Shown: piece by piece, positions 52,847 through 63,120 of the stretch
Layout of the letters: the number at the start of each line of letters is the position of its first letter
Numbering within the stretch: the first letter of the stretch is position 1
Source: an uncultured virus (IMG/VR IMGVR_UViG_3300028895_001288)
Lineage: Duplodnaviria; Heunggongvirae; Uroviricota; Caudoviricetes
Reading direction: 5' to 3' (one strand)
Length of the DNA stretch: 64,000 bases
IMG/VR virus record: IMGVR_UViG_3300028895_001288
The notes under the pieces: model-generated
Database searches by the model: none
What the model saw: the letters and a program-made list of their open reading frames with translations, nothing else
What the model was told of the DNA's origin: nothing
Position numbers and translations under genes: made by a program

Positions 52847-53993
52847 TCCCAAGAAGCAGTTCCTGCAGGCCGAGCACGACGCGATGCTGGAGAAGATCCG
52901 GCAGTCGAAGGGGCAGGAGTCCTCGCCCCTGCTCGGGCCCGACGGCCAGCCCATTGTCAAGGACAAGGACGGCAAGCCCAAACCCGAAGGGATCGTGACG
53001 CCCGGTGAGATGGGCGCGCCGGCCAGCCAGGAGGAGTTCGACGAGCTGCTCGCCAAGCAGCGCCAGCAGGAGCGTGAGAAACGCGATGCGCTGGGCAAGC
53101 AGCTGCAGAAGGCGTTCGAGGACAACAAGGAGTTCGGGCTGGTGGCCGGGCATCTCCTGACGGCGTACCGGCTGCTGTTCTGGCTGATGAGCGAGGCGAT
53201 GACCCACGAGGGCGTCACCAAGGACATGATCAACCACCTCAGCGACTCCTGCCGGGCGAGCGCCATGAACCAGGGGTACAGCCTGCAGGAGCTGATCGGC
53301 ACGATCCGCGGCAACCTGGTGCCCATGCTGAACGGCCGCATGCAGTACTACAGCCGCAAGCAAAAGGCCCGCCAGGCCAAGATCAAGCAGATCGAGAAGC
53401 GCATCGGCGCCAAAGGCGTGGCGCTGCCGTGCCTTTCCATGGAGCGGATGTTCAAGGACAAGGACGGCAACCTGTCCGGTTTCCGCCCCGGGAGCATCAT
53501 GCTCGTTCACGGCTCGCCCCTGGCAATCACCTACGCGTTGGCGGCGTGTGCGAAGTCGCATAAGGAGAAGAACAACGGCGAGTCGTGGTTCCTGCAGCGC
53601 GTCAACGAGAAGGACGAGCACGACTACATCACGTTCATGCCGTGCAAGTGGTGGAAGCACAAGGCTCAGAGCTACAAGGAGCTGGAGGAGACACTCGAGC
53701 CGATCCGCAAGAGCGGAGCGGTGCTGGTGTTGATCGACCAGCTTGATCTGCTGCACCCGCACGACGGGACGCTGCAGAGTCAGTCCAGGGCAGGGGCCAA
53801 GGCGCTGGGGAACCTTTACCAGTGGGCCACGGAGAATTGTGTGTGCTTCATCATCGGTGACGTGGTCGGCGACGACGTCACCGTGCCGCCCGAGGCGTAC
53901 AGCCCGCTACCGCATCTGCCGGTGGCCCTCCGTAACGTGGAGGGGGAGCAGAAGCTCGTGATCGGTAACGACGTAATGGACATCGACCTATGA
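52827..53993 (+). CDS. RecA/DnaB-like P-loop-fold protein lacking an intact Walker A
   Basis: GFRPGSIMLVHGSP and LVLIDQLDLL resemble helicase motifs; no GKT/GKS. Confidence 0.45.
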   Translation: MADKPVDPKKQFLQAEHDAMLEKIRQSKGQESSPLLGPDGQPIVKDKDGKPKPEGIVTPGEMGAPASQEEFDELLAKQRQQEREKRDALGKQLQKAFEDNKEFGLVAGHLLTAYRLLFWLMSEAMTHEGVTKDMINHLSDSCRASAMNQGYSLQELIGTIRGNLVPMLNGRMQYYSRKQKARQAKIKQIEKRIGAKGVALPCLSMERMFKDKDGNLSGFRPGSIMLVHGSPLAITYALAACAKSHKEKNNGESWFLQRVNEKDEHDYITFMPCKWWKHKAQSYKELEETLEPIRKSGAVLVLIDQLDLLHPHDGTLQSQSRAGAKALGNLYQWATENCVCFIIGDVVGDDVTVPPEAYSPLPHLPVALRNVEGEQKLVIGNDVMDIDL

Positions 53994-54571
53994 AGATCAA
54001 GTTGGGATGTGTCGGCTACACCACCCAGATCAGGGAGGACTGGGAGCAGTTCGCTCCCGAGATCACGCCCCCGTCCAACTACAAGGACAAGGCGAAGATC
54101 GCGAAGTACGTTGAAGACGCCAGGATGAAGCAGCTGAACACGGCGGATACGACGCCGCTGTTGTGTGAGTTCCGCGAAGTCTGCGCGGTTAACGAGAAGG
54201 GGGAATGCGTGGAGCTGATGACGGGGACCCGTATGGCCTATCTGGGTCAGTTCACGCACATTGCCGTGATAGGGGCGTCGTTGATGCGGCACCTGCTCAT
54301 GCGCGAGCAAATCGAGCACGGCAGGAAATTGGACGCGGGGCAACTGTGGAACATCATGAGCCTGCGTACAGGCTATCCGTTTCTGGCGGGCGGTAGTACG
54401 GGGAAGGACATTTTCGACCCCGTGCACGCACTCACCTGCACGAGCACGCTGGACGATCATCTGGACAGCGTGGCAAAGGCGTACGGATACAAGCACGGCA
54501 CCCTTACGGCGACGGATCGGGCGGTATTCGCGTACCATCTTTGCAAGCTCATGGGGATTGCCGATGGATGA
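53990..54571 (+). CDS. Hypothetical protein resembling phage PolB-type exonuclease-like proteins, probably inactive
   Basis: PPSNYKDKAKIAKYVE motif; acidic DxE exonuclease motif absent. Confidence 0.45.
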   Translation: MKIKLGCVGYTTQIREDWEQFAPEITPPSNYKDKAKIAKYVEDARMKQLNTADTTPLLCEFREVCAVNEKGECVELMTGTRMAYLGQFTHIAVIGASLMRHLLMREQIEHGRKLDAGQLWNIMSLRTGYPFLAGGSTGKDIFDPVHALTCTSTLDDHLDSVAKAYGYKHGTLTATDRAVFAYHLCKLMGIADG

Positions 54572-55425
54572 TCGACTCGTCAGGCCTGCGCCTGACTTCC
54601 AATTCGCGGAGTCGTTCAAGGACCTGGAGCGTCAGGGGTTCGTCCCCTGCGCTCTGGGTCCGGTCTACGTCTACGCGGAAGTGAAGGAGAGCATCCCGGA
54701 CCGCTTTGCCATGGAGGACATACCTGGCAAGCCGTCCGAGATGCGGGGCATGGAGCTGCGCCTGGAGCGGCCCATCCTGTCCCACTGCATGGACTGGAAC
54801 TACATGCTCAACATCATCGACGGTGACAGCTTCCCGTACTTCAAGCAGTGGCTGCTGTCGCAGCAGTTCGTCAACCGCGAGAAACGCTGCTTCTACGTGG
54901 TCCGGCACTTCAAGGTGCCGGTAAAGGACCCTATTGCTTTAGCTCTCGGCAAGTCCGTGGACACGGCGCTGGACGTCTTCACGCTGAGCGGTTTTTCGGG
55001 GTTGCTCAAGCCGGTGATCTCCACCCTGCCGGCGACCTACACGGGCACCAAGGACCCCAAGGAGCTGTCCCCGCGGGACGAGGTGGCCAAGCGGGTGGAC
55101 GCGGTCGTGCCAGACTTCGTGGTGCTCAAGGTCGCCTCGCCCGAGGACGAGGTGATCGACCTGGGCAAGGCCGCGCTGGAGATCGTGGACAATGCGTAGG
55201 CTGAAGATTATTTCGGACGGCACACCCGAAGGTACGCGCCTGGTCGACAGTGTGACGTCGGAGGATTTGAAGTTGCCCATTAAGAGCATTGTGTGGCGGT
55301 TTGACGTGGAGAGTTTCCCAACCGCGGAAGTGACGCTGTTGTGTCCTCTGGCTACGTTGGTGGCGGATACCGTCATAGGAGGCCCGGATGGACCGGTCGA
55401 AAACAAAGGTGGCAGTGATCGGTGA
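54564..55425 (+). other. Hypothetical genes 54564-55199 and 55192-55425
   Basis: Coupled ORFs. Confidence 0.6.
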
Positions 55426-56371
55426 CGTGATGCTGGACGTGCACATCCACTGTGACGTGACGGGCATCTCCCCCGAAGACGACATCGCCCCCAAGCTGCG
55501 CATCCGCGAGGAGACCTTGCGGCCCGGCGGAGCCGGCAACGTGGCCCTCAACCTGAAGAGCCTGGGCCTGATCGACGAGGTCTACCTCTTCGGGTTGGTC
55601 GGTGCCGACGAGGAGGGCGACATGCTCAAGGGCGCCGTTGACGGCGCCTGCATCAATTTCATGGAGCTCGTCGACACCCGGCCCACCACCGTCAAGACCC
55701 GCTACCTGACCCAGCGCGGGCGGCACCTGTGCCGGGTGGACCGCGAGTCCGTTTTTCCCGTGACGGGCCACGAGCGCAACGCGTTGGAGAAGGCCATCAT
55801 GAGCCACGGCCCGTACGACATGTTCGTGATCTCAGACTACGGCAAGGGCGTGGTCACGGACGGACTGATGGAGGGGTTGCGGGAGCGCAGCGGGGAGTCC
55901 CTGCCCATCGTGGTCGACCCCAAGGGGGACGACTTCACCAAGTACGGCGAGGTGTACGCGGTCACCCCCAATATCAAGGAGTTCCTGGGCATCATGCGGA
56001 ACCGCGCCGCGGACGTCTGGAACCTGAAGTGCGCGGCCCAGAACATCGTCATCACCCGCGGCGAGGAGGGCTGCCAGCTTCTGCGCACGGACGACAGGCA
56101 GCTCTTTCAGGGCGCATACACGGGTGACCCCGTCAAGAACACCTTCCCCTCCCGGGCCCGCGAGGTGGGTGACCCCACCGGCTGCGGGGACTCCTTCGTG
56201 GCGGGGCTGGTCAGCTCGCTGGTGGTGCATACGCAGCATCCCAAGCACGAGAGGCTGCAGCAGGCCTGCCGCTTCGCCAACGCGGTGGGGGCCTGCGCCT
56301 ACGACCACCAGGGGGCCCGGTCGGTCACGCTGGATGAGGTGCAGAAAGAGTTCGAGACGTTCAACTACTAG
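55388..56371 (+). CDS. rfaE1: PfkB-family kinase, HldE/RfaE domain I (heptose-7-phosphate kinase)-like
   Basis: VIGDVMLD..ISPE..PGGAGNVA.N, TTVKTR, SDYGKG, VDPK, TPN..E, DPTGCGD. Confidence 0.88.
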   Translation: MDRSKTKVAVIGDVMLDVHIHCDVTGISPEDDIAPKLRIREETLRPGGAGNVALNLKSLGLIDEVYLFGLVGADEEGDMLKGAVDGACINFMELVDTRPTTVKTRYLTQRGRHLCRVDRESVFPVTGHERNALEKAIMSHGPYDMFVISDYGKGVVTDGLMEGLRERSGESLPIVVDPKGDDFTKYGEVYAVTPNIKEFLGIMRNRAADVWNLKCAAQNIVITRGEEGCQLLRTDDRQLFQGAYTGDPVKNTFPSRAREVGDPTGCGDSFVAGLVSSLVVHTQHPKHERLQQACRFANAVGACAYDHQGARSVTLDEVQKEFETFNY

Positions 56372-56379
56372 GAGGTTCC

Positions 56380-57462
56380 ATGAAGCTCAAGATCAAGCTG
56401 CCGTCCTCGCTGGACGCCACGGACATTTCGTTCGACGACCAGTCCAACGAGATCTCGATGAACCTGGTTTTCTACGGGGACGGGAAGGAAAGCGTGGGCG
56501 GCGTGGTCCGCACCACCGATGAGGCCGACGAGACGCTCTTTCGGGGCATCGTCAAGATCAGCGGCCAAACGGCCAAAGTGTCCGTCGTGGACCGCACGAA
56601 GCAGGTGAAGCCGCTCATTGAGAGGAAAAAGAAAGGCTAAAATACGCCCGCGGGCGCGTTACAATACCCTGTCTGGACATTGCCATGCCCTCACAGATTT
56701 TGATCAAGACATTCATCGACACCAAGCCGGCCGAGCTCGACCGGAAGGTGAACGCATGGGTGCTCGACGCGAGCGTACGCCTGCTCGAGGTCAAGGTCAC
56801 TCCCATCTTATGGGAGTCTCAGCATCAGTTCGCCTTCACCGCACTCTACGAGTCGCGTGATGAGCGAAAGGCGCAGCCTCCGCCCGAGGGGTCCTCCGCG
56901 CCCACCGTGCCGGCCTTCGTGAACCTAGAAGGTCAGGAGCGGTCTGCTGAATGCATGGCGGGTATCTTCGGCGTGCCCGAGGGTTGGAAGCTGTCCCCGA
57001 CGGACGGGGAGGCGGCACCGGTGGTCTGTCTGAGTCCGGACTGTGACCTGGCGCCGTATAGCGAACTCTTTGGAAACGTAGAGGAGCATACCTATGAGCG
57101 AGGAGAAAGCTCCCGCTGAAACCCCTCCGGCGTCGTCGGAGGACACGCCTCCGCCCCCGGCGGACGGCAAGTTCCACTTCCTGGTCGTGCCCGAGAAGGG
57201 CGAGGACCAGACACCAAAGTGGGAAACGTCTTCCACCCTGGAGGACATGCTTTCCCGCTTGCACACCACGCTGGTGACGTGTGAAGTGGGCTGGGTCTAC
57301 GTCATCATTGATGGCAAACGGGCCCTCCTTTCAGCACCTAGGCAGGTGTTTGACCTCCAGCTGCCCGACAAAAACGTCGTGCGGGTGGAACCGAAGGATC
57401 AGGCGACATTTCTACAGGACGGCCGCTTCGTCGCTCTGGTGTCGCCTACGCAGCGTGAATAA
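56380..57462 (+). other. Hypothetical genes 56380-56640, 56685-57119, 57094-57462
   Basis: RBS or coupling. Confidence 0.6.
56637..56665 (+). promoter_or_regulatory. Candidate promoter CTAAAA-N17-TACAAT
   Basis: Matches 27112-27140 in motif and spacing. Confidence 0.35.
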
Positions 57463-57507
57463 TGCTGCGTGCGAACGTGGAGAAGTGTGTTTGGAGGAAA
57501 CAGCACC

Positions 57508-59112
57508 ATGAACAAACGTGGAAAACGAGTCGGCGGCCGACCGCGGTTCAAACGCGAGGTCAGTGAGTTGCAGGCACGCATCAGATCCCTTCCAAGTGAT
57601 GAGGCCATTTTCTCTATCATCGGTCCCAAGAACGAGGACATCGTTCCTCTTTCCAGGGCGAAAGCCCTTGTCATCTCCCGCGGGGATTACCCCCGCACCT
57701 ACGTGCCGCTGCAGCTGCGCGGCATGCTCCCCTGTGTTGTGTCCCTCTTGCCCGTCGTTTGGGAAGCCATCCAGCGAACGAAGGAAGACGGCAGCATCGA
57801 AACCTCCTACAAGGCCCACATCGGCGGGCCCGGCTGGTACGAGTACCGCAAGGGCAAGCACCACAGCCTGTACGCCCGCGAGCACATTCGCGGCTATCAG
57901 CCTTGCGGCACCGAAATCGACCTCTTCGAGACCGATCCCCGCGAGCCCCGCTGTCCGCGTTGGGGCTTGAAGGACGAGCGCATTTTCCTTCGCTCCAACA
58001 AGGTGAAGATCGACCGTGTGGAGCAGCGCGTGCACAAGAAGATGGTGCAGCACGCCGGGAGGATGCTGGACCCTATTAAGCTGGAGGACATGCCGGGTTA
58101 CGACGTGAACGGCTTTGGCGAGCTGCGCATGCCGGACCTGCTGTTCGTGCCCAGCAAACAGCCCCTTCGCCTTAACTATGACACCATCGATGACGTCGTG
58201 CTCACGGCGGTGAACATGGGGTTGTGGGGCGTGCGCGACCACGACGTCTTCCTTAGGGGTTTGCAGGCGCCACAGCGCGGTGTGGTGACGCGCGAGCAGG
58301 GGTCCAACGACTACACGTTCCGCCCGGACGAGGACCCCGATGACGATGAGGAAGTGATCTACTATCACCGCCACATCTGCTCGGACGTCGAGCTTCGCTG
58401 CCGACAGCTGTTCCACCTTCCGGTCCGCGCGGAGCTGCGCCCGACCCTCCCGCCTGGTGAGCATCGCGTGGCGCGCGGCCACGTGCTGTACGCGCCGCAG
58501 ATGCCGGCCGACACGTTCAAGGATGTTGACGCCCTCAAGAAGTCGGTGGGACAGGGCGTCCTGAACATGTATCGGTTCATTGCCGCACTGACCCGCGCCC
58601 GCATGGTGAACAACCTGCCGGCGCTGGACTCGGACGTGGCGGTGGGCGGCGGCGAGCCATACCTGGACCTGGACTCCATGATCCCCCGGGTGCAGAAGTT
58701 GGTGGGTTCGCCCATCAGCCTGGTGTACCGGCAGGGCTTCTGGAATGTCAATCTTTCCGACTTCCAGGGCAGGCGCTCCAACCGCTTGCTGTCCGAGGAG
58801 CTTCGCGAGGAACGGGCCGTGCGTCGCAAGGCCCGGGAATCCAAGCTCAAGGAGAAGCCTCTTCCCGAACCGGCGAAGAAGCTCGCCGCGGCGCGTGAGG
58901 AGGTCCAGAAGGCAGCGGCCAAGGAGAAGAAGGCCAAGGAGAAGGCCTACAGTTACACGACCTTCTCGGCGGCAGGGCTGCCCATAGACCAGGGTACGGT
59001 GATGGCGTCGGACAAGAAGGAAGCCCGCAAGAAGGTGCGCGAGCTTCTGCAGGTCGACAAGTTGCCGAAAGGCACTGTCGTGGAGAAGGCCAAGGAAGCA
59101 GCGGTTTCCTGA
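57508..59112 (+). CDS. Large hypothetical protein with basic C-terminal tail
   Basis: RBS GGAGG; ~534 aa. Confidence 0.75.
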   Translation: MNKRGKRVGGRPRFKREVSELQARIRSLPSDEAIFSIIGPKNEDIVPLSRAKALVISRGDYPRTYVPLQLRGMLPCVVSLLPVVWEAIQRTKEDGSIETSYKAHIGGPGWYEYRKGKHHSLYAREHIRGYQPCGTEIDLFETDPREPRCPRWGLKDERIFLRSNKVKIDRVEQRVHKKMVQHAGRMLDPIKLEDMPGYDVNGFGELRMPDLLFVPSKQPLRLNYDTIDDVVLTAVNMGLWGVRDHDVFLRGLQAPQRGVVTREQGSNDYTFRPDEDPDDDEEVIYYHRHICSDVELRCRQLFHLPVRAELRPTLPPGEHRVARGHVLYAPQMPADTFKDVDALKKSVGQGVLNMYRFIAALTRARMVNNLPALDSDVAVGGGEPYLDLDSMIPRVQKLVGSPISLVYRQGFWNVNLSDFQGRRSNRLLSEELREERAVRRKARESKLKEKPLPEPAKKLAAAREEVQKAAAKEKKAKEKAYSYTTFSAAGLPIDQGTVMASDKKEARKKVRELLQVDKLPKGTVVEKAKEAAVS

Positions 59113-59130
59113 CGGTGAGGTCGGGAAGCG

Positions 59131-59171
59131 GGGGTTGCGGGCGCTTCGGCGCCCGTGGCCCCTTTCTCTTT
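59131..59171 (+). terminator. Rho-independent terminator
   Basis: 14-bp stem, C(UUCG)G loop, followed by TTTCTCTTT. Confidence 0.85.
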
Positions 59172-59206
59172 AGCTATCAGCCAGTATGATACCCACGGGA
59201 GGAACC

Positions 59207-60307
59207 ATGGCTGGCGAAGAAGAAGTGAACGACGAATACCGTGACGGCAGACAGAGTCACGGCATGAAGGGCACTGTGGTCCCCAGCGCCCGCAAGGGCG
59301 ACCGCGAGGACAGCGGCGTGCGCTTCGACCCGCACAACCCGCGCTTCGACCACAACATCGTGGTGGTGCGCGAGGACGGAGGGGAAAGCAAGGTCGGCAT
59401 TTCCGCCGAGACGCAGGAGAAGTTGAAGAATGGCCTGCGCAAAGGACAGAGGGTGGATTACGACCAGCTCATGGAGAAAGGAAACGCCCCCGTGGAACGC
59501 TCCGAGATTCCTCTTACCCGCGAAGCGCCGTCCGCCGCCATCGACGACAGCGTGCCCGACACCGAGGAGACGCTGAGCATGCCCAGCGTGATCAGGAGTC
59601 CCGCACCCGCGCCGGAGCCCGTGCGGCAGGAGGAACCGGACCCGGAACCCGTACCGGTGGCGGAGCCGGCGCCTGAACCGGAACCGGAGCCACAGAAGCC
59701 CGCCGAGCCCATGGAGGCCAACAGGCCCGTCAGCAAGACTCCGGCGGACCTGGACCTCGAACCGGACCCGTCTCCGGGCCCCGAGCAGCTGTCCAGCTAC
59801 ACGGTCGAGAAGGACGAGGCGTCCGGCAAGTCCAGGCCCCTGTTGAAGCCCGCGGAGTCACCGGGCGGCGCGGAGTTCGACGACGCGTCCCTCGAGCGCG
59901 ACGAGGGTTCCGACTTGGGTGAGATGCCGGACATTTCGATGCAGGCACCGGAATCCAAGGGCGTGCCGATCAAGAGCCCCAACGTGAACCTGGACAGCGC
60001 ACCCATGCGGGTGCAGCGCGTCAAAGTCAGGTTCATAAGCAAGTTGGGGAAGTTGGCGATTCCATACAACCTGGTTTTCCGGTATGGTATGAACCTGGTG
60101 TTGATCCAGTACAGCGAGGAGGGCATCTTCTACGACCCCCCGCAGGCGACGGACCTGGAGATCGAGGTGTGGTGGCACGGGAGCGTGTTCATCTGTTTCC
60201 CGGGCGTCTACTTCGAGTTCCCGGACGGACAAACCTCGCAGACCATCTTTTTCATCGACGAGGACAAGACACGTGCCAAGCGAAAAGAGCTCCGAGAAGC
60301 CCAGTGA
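59207..60307 (+). CDS. Hypothetical protein with Pro/Glu-rich linker
   Basis: RBS GGAGG; PEPEPE low-complexity centre. Confidence 0.75.
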   Translation: MAGEEEVNDEYRDGRQSHGMKGTVVPSARKGDREDSGVRFDPHNPRFDHNIVVVREDGGESKVGISAETQEKLKNGLRKGQRVDYDQLMEKGNAPVERSEIPLTREAPSAAIDDSVPDTEETLSMPSVIRSPAPAPEPVRQEEPDPEPVPVAEPAPEPEPEPQKPAEPMEANRPVSKTPADLDLEPDPSPGPEQLSSYTVEKDEASGKSRPLLKPAESPGGAEFDDASLERDEGSDLGEMPDISMQAPESKGVPIKSPNVNLDSAPMRVQRVKVRFISKLGKLAIPYNLVFRYGMNLVLIQYSEEGIFYDPPQATDLEIEVWWHGSVFICFPGVYFEFPDGQTSQTIFFIDEDKTRAKRKELREAQ

Positions 60308-60311
60308 AGGC

Positions 60312-60497
60312 ATGGTGAAGAACGGCAACCTGAAGTCGCCGACCACCCGTTGTGATTTGTGTGGCGCGCCATCTGCCGTTATTCTTCCGAGCGGTAAAGC
60401 GCGCTGCCCGGCACACGTCGTCGCGGACAAGATGGCCAGTGACGACGAGCCGTTGAAGGGTGCGGGCGAGCGCCTCTCCGGCCAACATGACGCCTGA
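60312..60497 (+). CDS. Small zinc-finger-like protein
   Basis: CDLC...CPAH. Confidence 0.5.
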   Translation: MVKNGNLKSPTTRCDLCGAPSAVILPSGKARCPAHVVADKMASDDEPLKGAGERLSGQHDA

Positions 60498-60508
60498 AGG
60501 AGGTCGCC

Positions 60509-62371
60509 GTGCCGATCGACAACACAGCCGTCTTCTCGTCCTTTCCCAATGAGCCGTCCGGCTCCAACCAGGCCAACCGCTCCAACCGCTTCAGCGGGGC
60601 GTTCCCGGACCCCTACCTGGACTATGCCTCCACGCAGATGCCGCGCAGCATGTACGACGTGCTGCGCTGGTGCGAGTACGTGTGGATCACCTACGGCACG
60701 TACCGCATGGCCTGCCAGCGCGTGGTCCGGTACTTCCTGACCCGCATCGAGCTGACCGACGCCTCGGACGACGAGAAGGAGAAGTTCGAGGACTTCCTCG
60801 GCCCCGAGCACCTCAACCTGATGCACGAGTTGGCCAGCTCCGGCGATAACCGGATGGCTTACGGCAACGACTTCATCTCCATGCACGTGCCGTTCCGCCG
60901 GCACCTGAAGTGCCCCAACTGCAAGGCGGAGAGCCCGTTGAAGGGCATGGCCTACCGTTGGATCGGGTGGCGCTTCGAGTCCAAGTGCAAGAAGTGTAAG
61001 TACGAGGGCCGCTTCGAGCGCGTGGACCGCCGGTCCATCGAGCAGGACAAGCTCAGGATCATCCACTGGCCGGCCCACGAGATCCGCATCCTGCACCACC
61101 CCATCACCAACGAGTCGATGTACTTCTGGGAGATCCCGCCCACGGTCAGGAGCTTGATCGAGCGGGGCAACGAGTTCTACCTGGAGAAGACGCCTTGGGA
61201 GATCATCGAGGCTTGCCGGCAGCGCAAGCTTTTCCGCTTCAACAAGGACGTGATGTTCCACTTGCGCGACGAGCCCATCTCGGGTGTGCGGGACTATGGC
61301 TGGGGCATTCCCCTCATCATGGGGAACTTCAAGCAGGCCTGGCTCATACAGGTCCTGAAGCGCTACAACGAGGCCATTGCGCTGGACTACATCATCCCGT
61401 TCCGAGCGGTGACGCCCAAGCCGGGCACCTCGCGTGAAGCCGACCCGTTGCTGCACATGAACCTGGGCAACTTCCAGAACAAGGTCCTGGGCATGTTCAG
61501 GCAGCACCGCCGCGACCCGACCATGATCCACGCGCTGCCGTTCCCGGTGGAGATGCAGATGTTGGGCGCGGAGGGCAAGCAGCTCGCGCCTTCGGAGCTG
61601 CTGGACGCGGCCACCGACGAGTTTCTCAATGCACAGGGGATACCCGCCGAGCTTTACAAGGGCACGCTGCAACTGCAGGCCATGCCCACGGCGCTGCGCT
61701 TGTTCGAGCGCACATGGGTGTCACTCATAGATGGCTTTAACGCGATGATCAATTGGATATTCAGGCGCGTATCCGATTTAATGAACTGGGAGAACTTGAA
61801 GGGAAGACTGCAACCGGTCACCATGGCCGACGATCTGGAACGGAAGGCCGTCATGCTGCAGCTGGCCGCCGGTCAACAGATCTCCCGCCAAACGGCCCTG
61901 GCGCCCTTCGGCATCGATCTGCGCGAGGAAATCAAGCGCATGTTCGAGGAAGAGGAATACACCCAGGAGCAGATGGCGCGTTTCCAGGAGGAAATGGCGC
62001 AGAAGCAGGAACTCCAGCAGACCATGCAAATGGGTGCTGCCGGCATGCTGCCGCCAGGTGGCGCGGCCATGCCTCCAGGCGCCGCACCAATGCCAGGGGC
62101 GCCGCCTCCGGCCATGGGCGCTCCCGCCGCTCCCGCCGCCGCCGGCCAGCAGGGCGTCTCCATCGACGACCTGTCCATGCAGGCCGAGCAGGAGGCCCAC
62201 CGTCTCATCTCCATGCCGTATGAGATGAGGAAGTCCGAGCTGTTGCAGATCAAGCGATCCAACGAGACGCTGCATGCCCTGATCATCTCCAAAATGGACA
62301 CACTGAGGAATCAGGCCAAGACGCAGGGGGGTCAAATGTTGCTTCAACAGTCCGCGGGTGCCGCGGCGTGA
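60509..62371 (+). CDS. Probable phage portal protein with zinc-ribbon insertion
   Basis: 620 aa, helical, GIP motifs, low-complexity P/A/M/Q tail, RBS AAGGAGG; call by general resemblance only. Confidence 0.55.
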   Translation: MPIDNTAVFSSFPNEPSGSNQANRSNRFSGAFPDPYLDYASTQMPRSMYDVLRWCEYVWITYGTYRMACQRVVRYFLTRIELTDASDDEKEKFEDFLGPEHLNLMHELASSGDNRMAYGNDFISMHVPFRRHLKCPNCKAESPLKGMAYRWIGWRFESKCKKCKYEGRFERVDRRSIEQDKLRIIHWPAHEIRILHHPITNESMYFWEIPPTVRSLIERGNEFYLEKTPWEIIEACRQRKLFRFNKDVMFHLRDEPISGVRDYGWGIPLIMGNFKQAWLIQVLKRYNEAIALDYIIPFRAVTPKPGTSREADPLLHMNLGNFQNKVLGMFRQHRRDPTMIHALPFPVEMQMLGAEGKQLAPSELLDAATDEFLNAQGIPAELYKGTLQLQAMPTALRLFERTWVSLIDGFNAMINWIFRRVSDLMNWENLKGRLQPVTMADDLERKAVMLQLAAGQQISRQTALAPFGIDLREEIKRMFEEEEYTQEQMARFQEEMAQKQELQQTMQMGAAGMLPPGGAAMPPGAAPMPGAPPPAMGAPAAPAAAGQQGVSIDDLSMQAEQEAHRLISMPYEMRKSELLQIKRSNETLHALIISKMDTLRNQAKTQGGQMLLQQSAGAAA

Positions 62372-62383
62372 GGGGAGTTGACA

Positions 62384-62743
62384 ATGGATCAGCAGGTGGA
62401 CCTTTCCACGGTGCTTTGGATCATCGGTATCTTCATGACCATCGTCGTGAGCTTGACCGGGGCGGTCTGGGCGCTACTCCTGAAGAATATCGAGCGCGTA
62501 CGGAATAATGTGGCCGACGCGTTCAATGGTATCAAGGAGGAGCGCAACCATTGCGACAAGAAGATTGACGAGGTGACCGCGAAGGTGGACGCCGAGCGCA
62601 AGGAGCGCACGGACAAGCATGACGCGGCCATGGAGCGCGTTTTCGGAGAGATCGAGAAGACGAAGGACAAGACGGCGGATCTGGAGGTGACAGTGGCGGG
62701 GTTCGGTTCCGTTTACGTGACACGAGCGGAACAACAACCATAA
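62384..62743 (+). CDS. Membrane-anchored coiled-coil protein
   Basis: N-terminal TM helix then heptad-rich region. Confidence 0.65.
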   Translation: MDQQVDLSTVLWIIGIFMTIVVSLTGAVWALLLKNIERVRNNVADAFNGIKEERNHCDKKIDEVTAKVDAERKERTDKHDAAMERVFGEIEKTKDKTADLEVTVAGFGSVYVTRAEQQP

Positions 62744-62754
62744 GGAGTGGGACC

Positions 62755-63120
62755 ATGCGCATACTGGTTGTCGACTCAAACCGGGTGTTCGCGAGGAAGG
62801 TGGGCGACTTCCTGGAACAGCACCTGAAGAAGGTCGAGGTCGACTATGCCACAAACGTGCCGATCCTGCGACGCAGGTTGAGGGTCAACGACTACGACTA
62901 CATCATCGCCGACATCTTCACGGCTTTCGACGCCAAGGCCATGCAGGAGGTGCTGAGCGACGTTGACACGCCGATGCTGGTGTGGTCGATCCTCAAGTCG
63001 CCGGACCGCATCACGAACGTCTTCAGGGATCAGCTCGCCAAACGCGTGCTGCCGAAGCCCGACGACGACGCGGGCATCGAAGCGGCCGTGACGTCTGTCA
63101 TGCTTCAAACTGTTGAATGA
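62755..63120 (+). CDS. Stand-alone CheY-like receiver domain
   Basis: MRILVVDS, YDYIIADI, PMLVWS, LPKP. Confidence 0.7.
   Translation: MRILVVDSNRVFARKVGDFLEQHLKKVEVDYATNVPILRRRLRVNDYDYIIADIFTAFDAKAMQEVLSDVDTPMLVWSILKSPDRITNVFRDQLAKRVLPKPDDDAGIEAAVTSVMLQTVE

Noticed and set aside
59600..59710. GAACCG/GAGCCG short repeats
   Set aside because: Simply encode a Pro/Glu low-complexity linker
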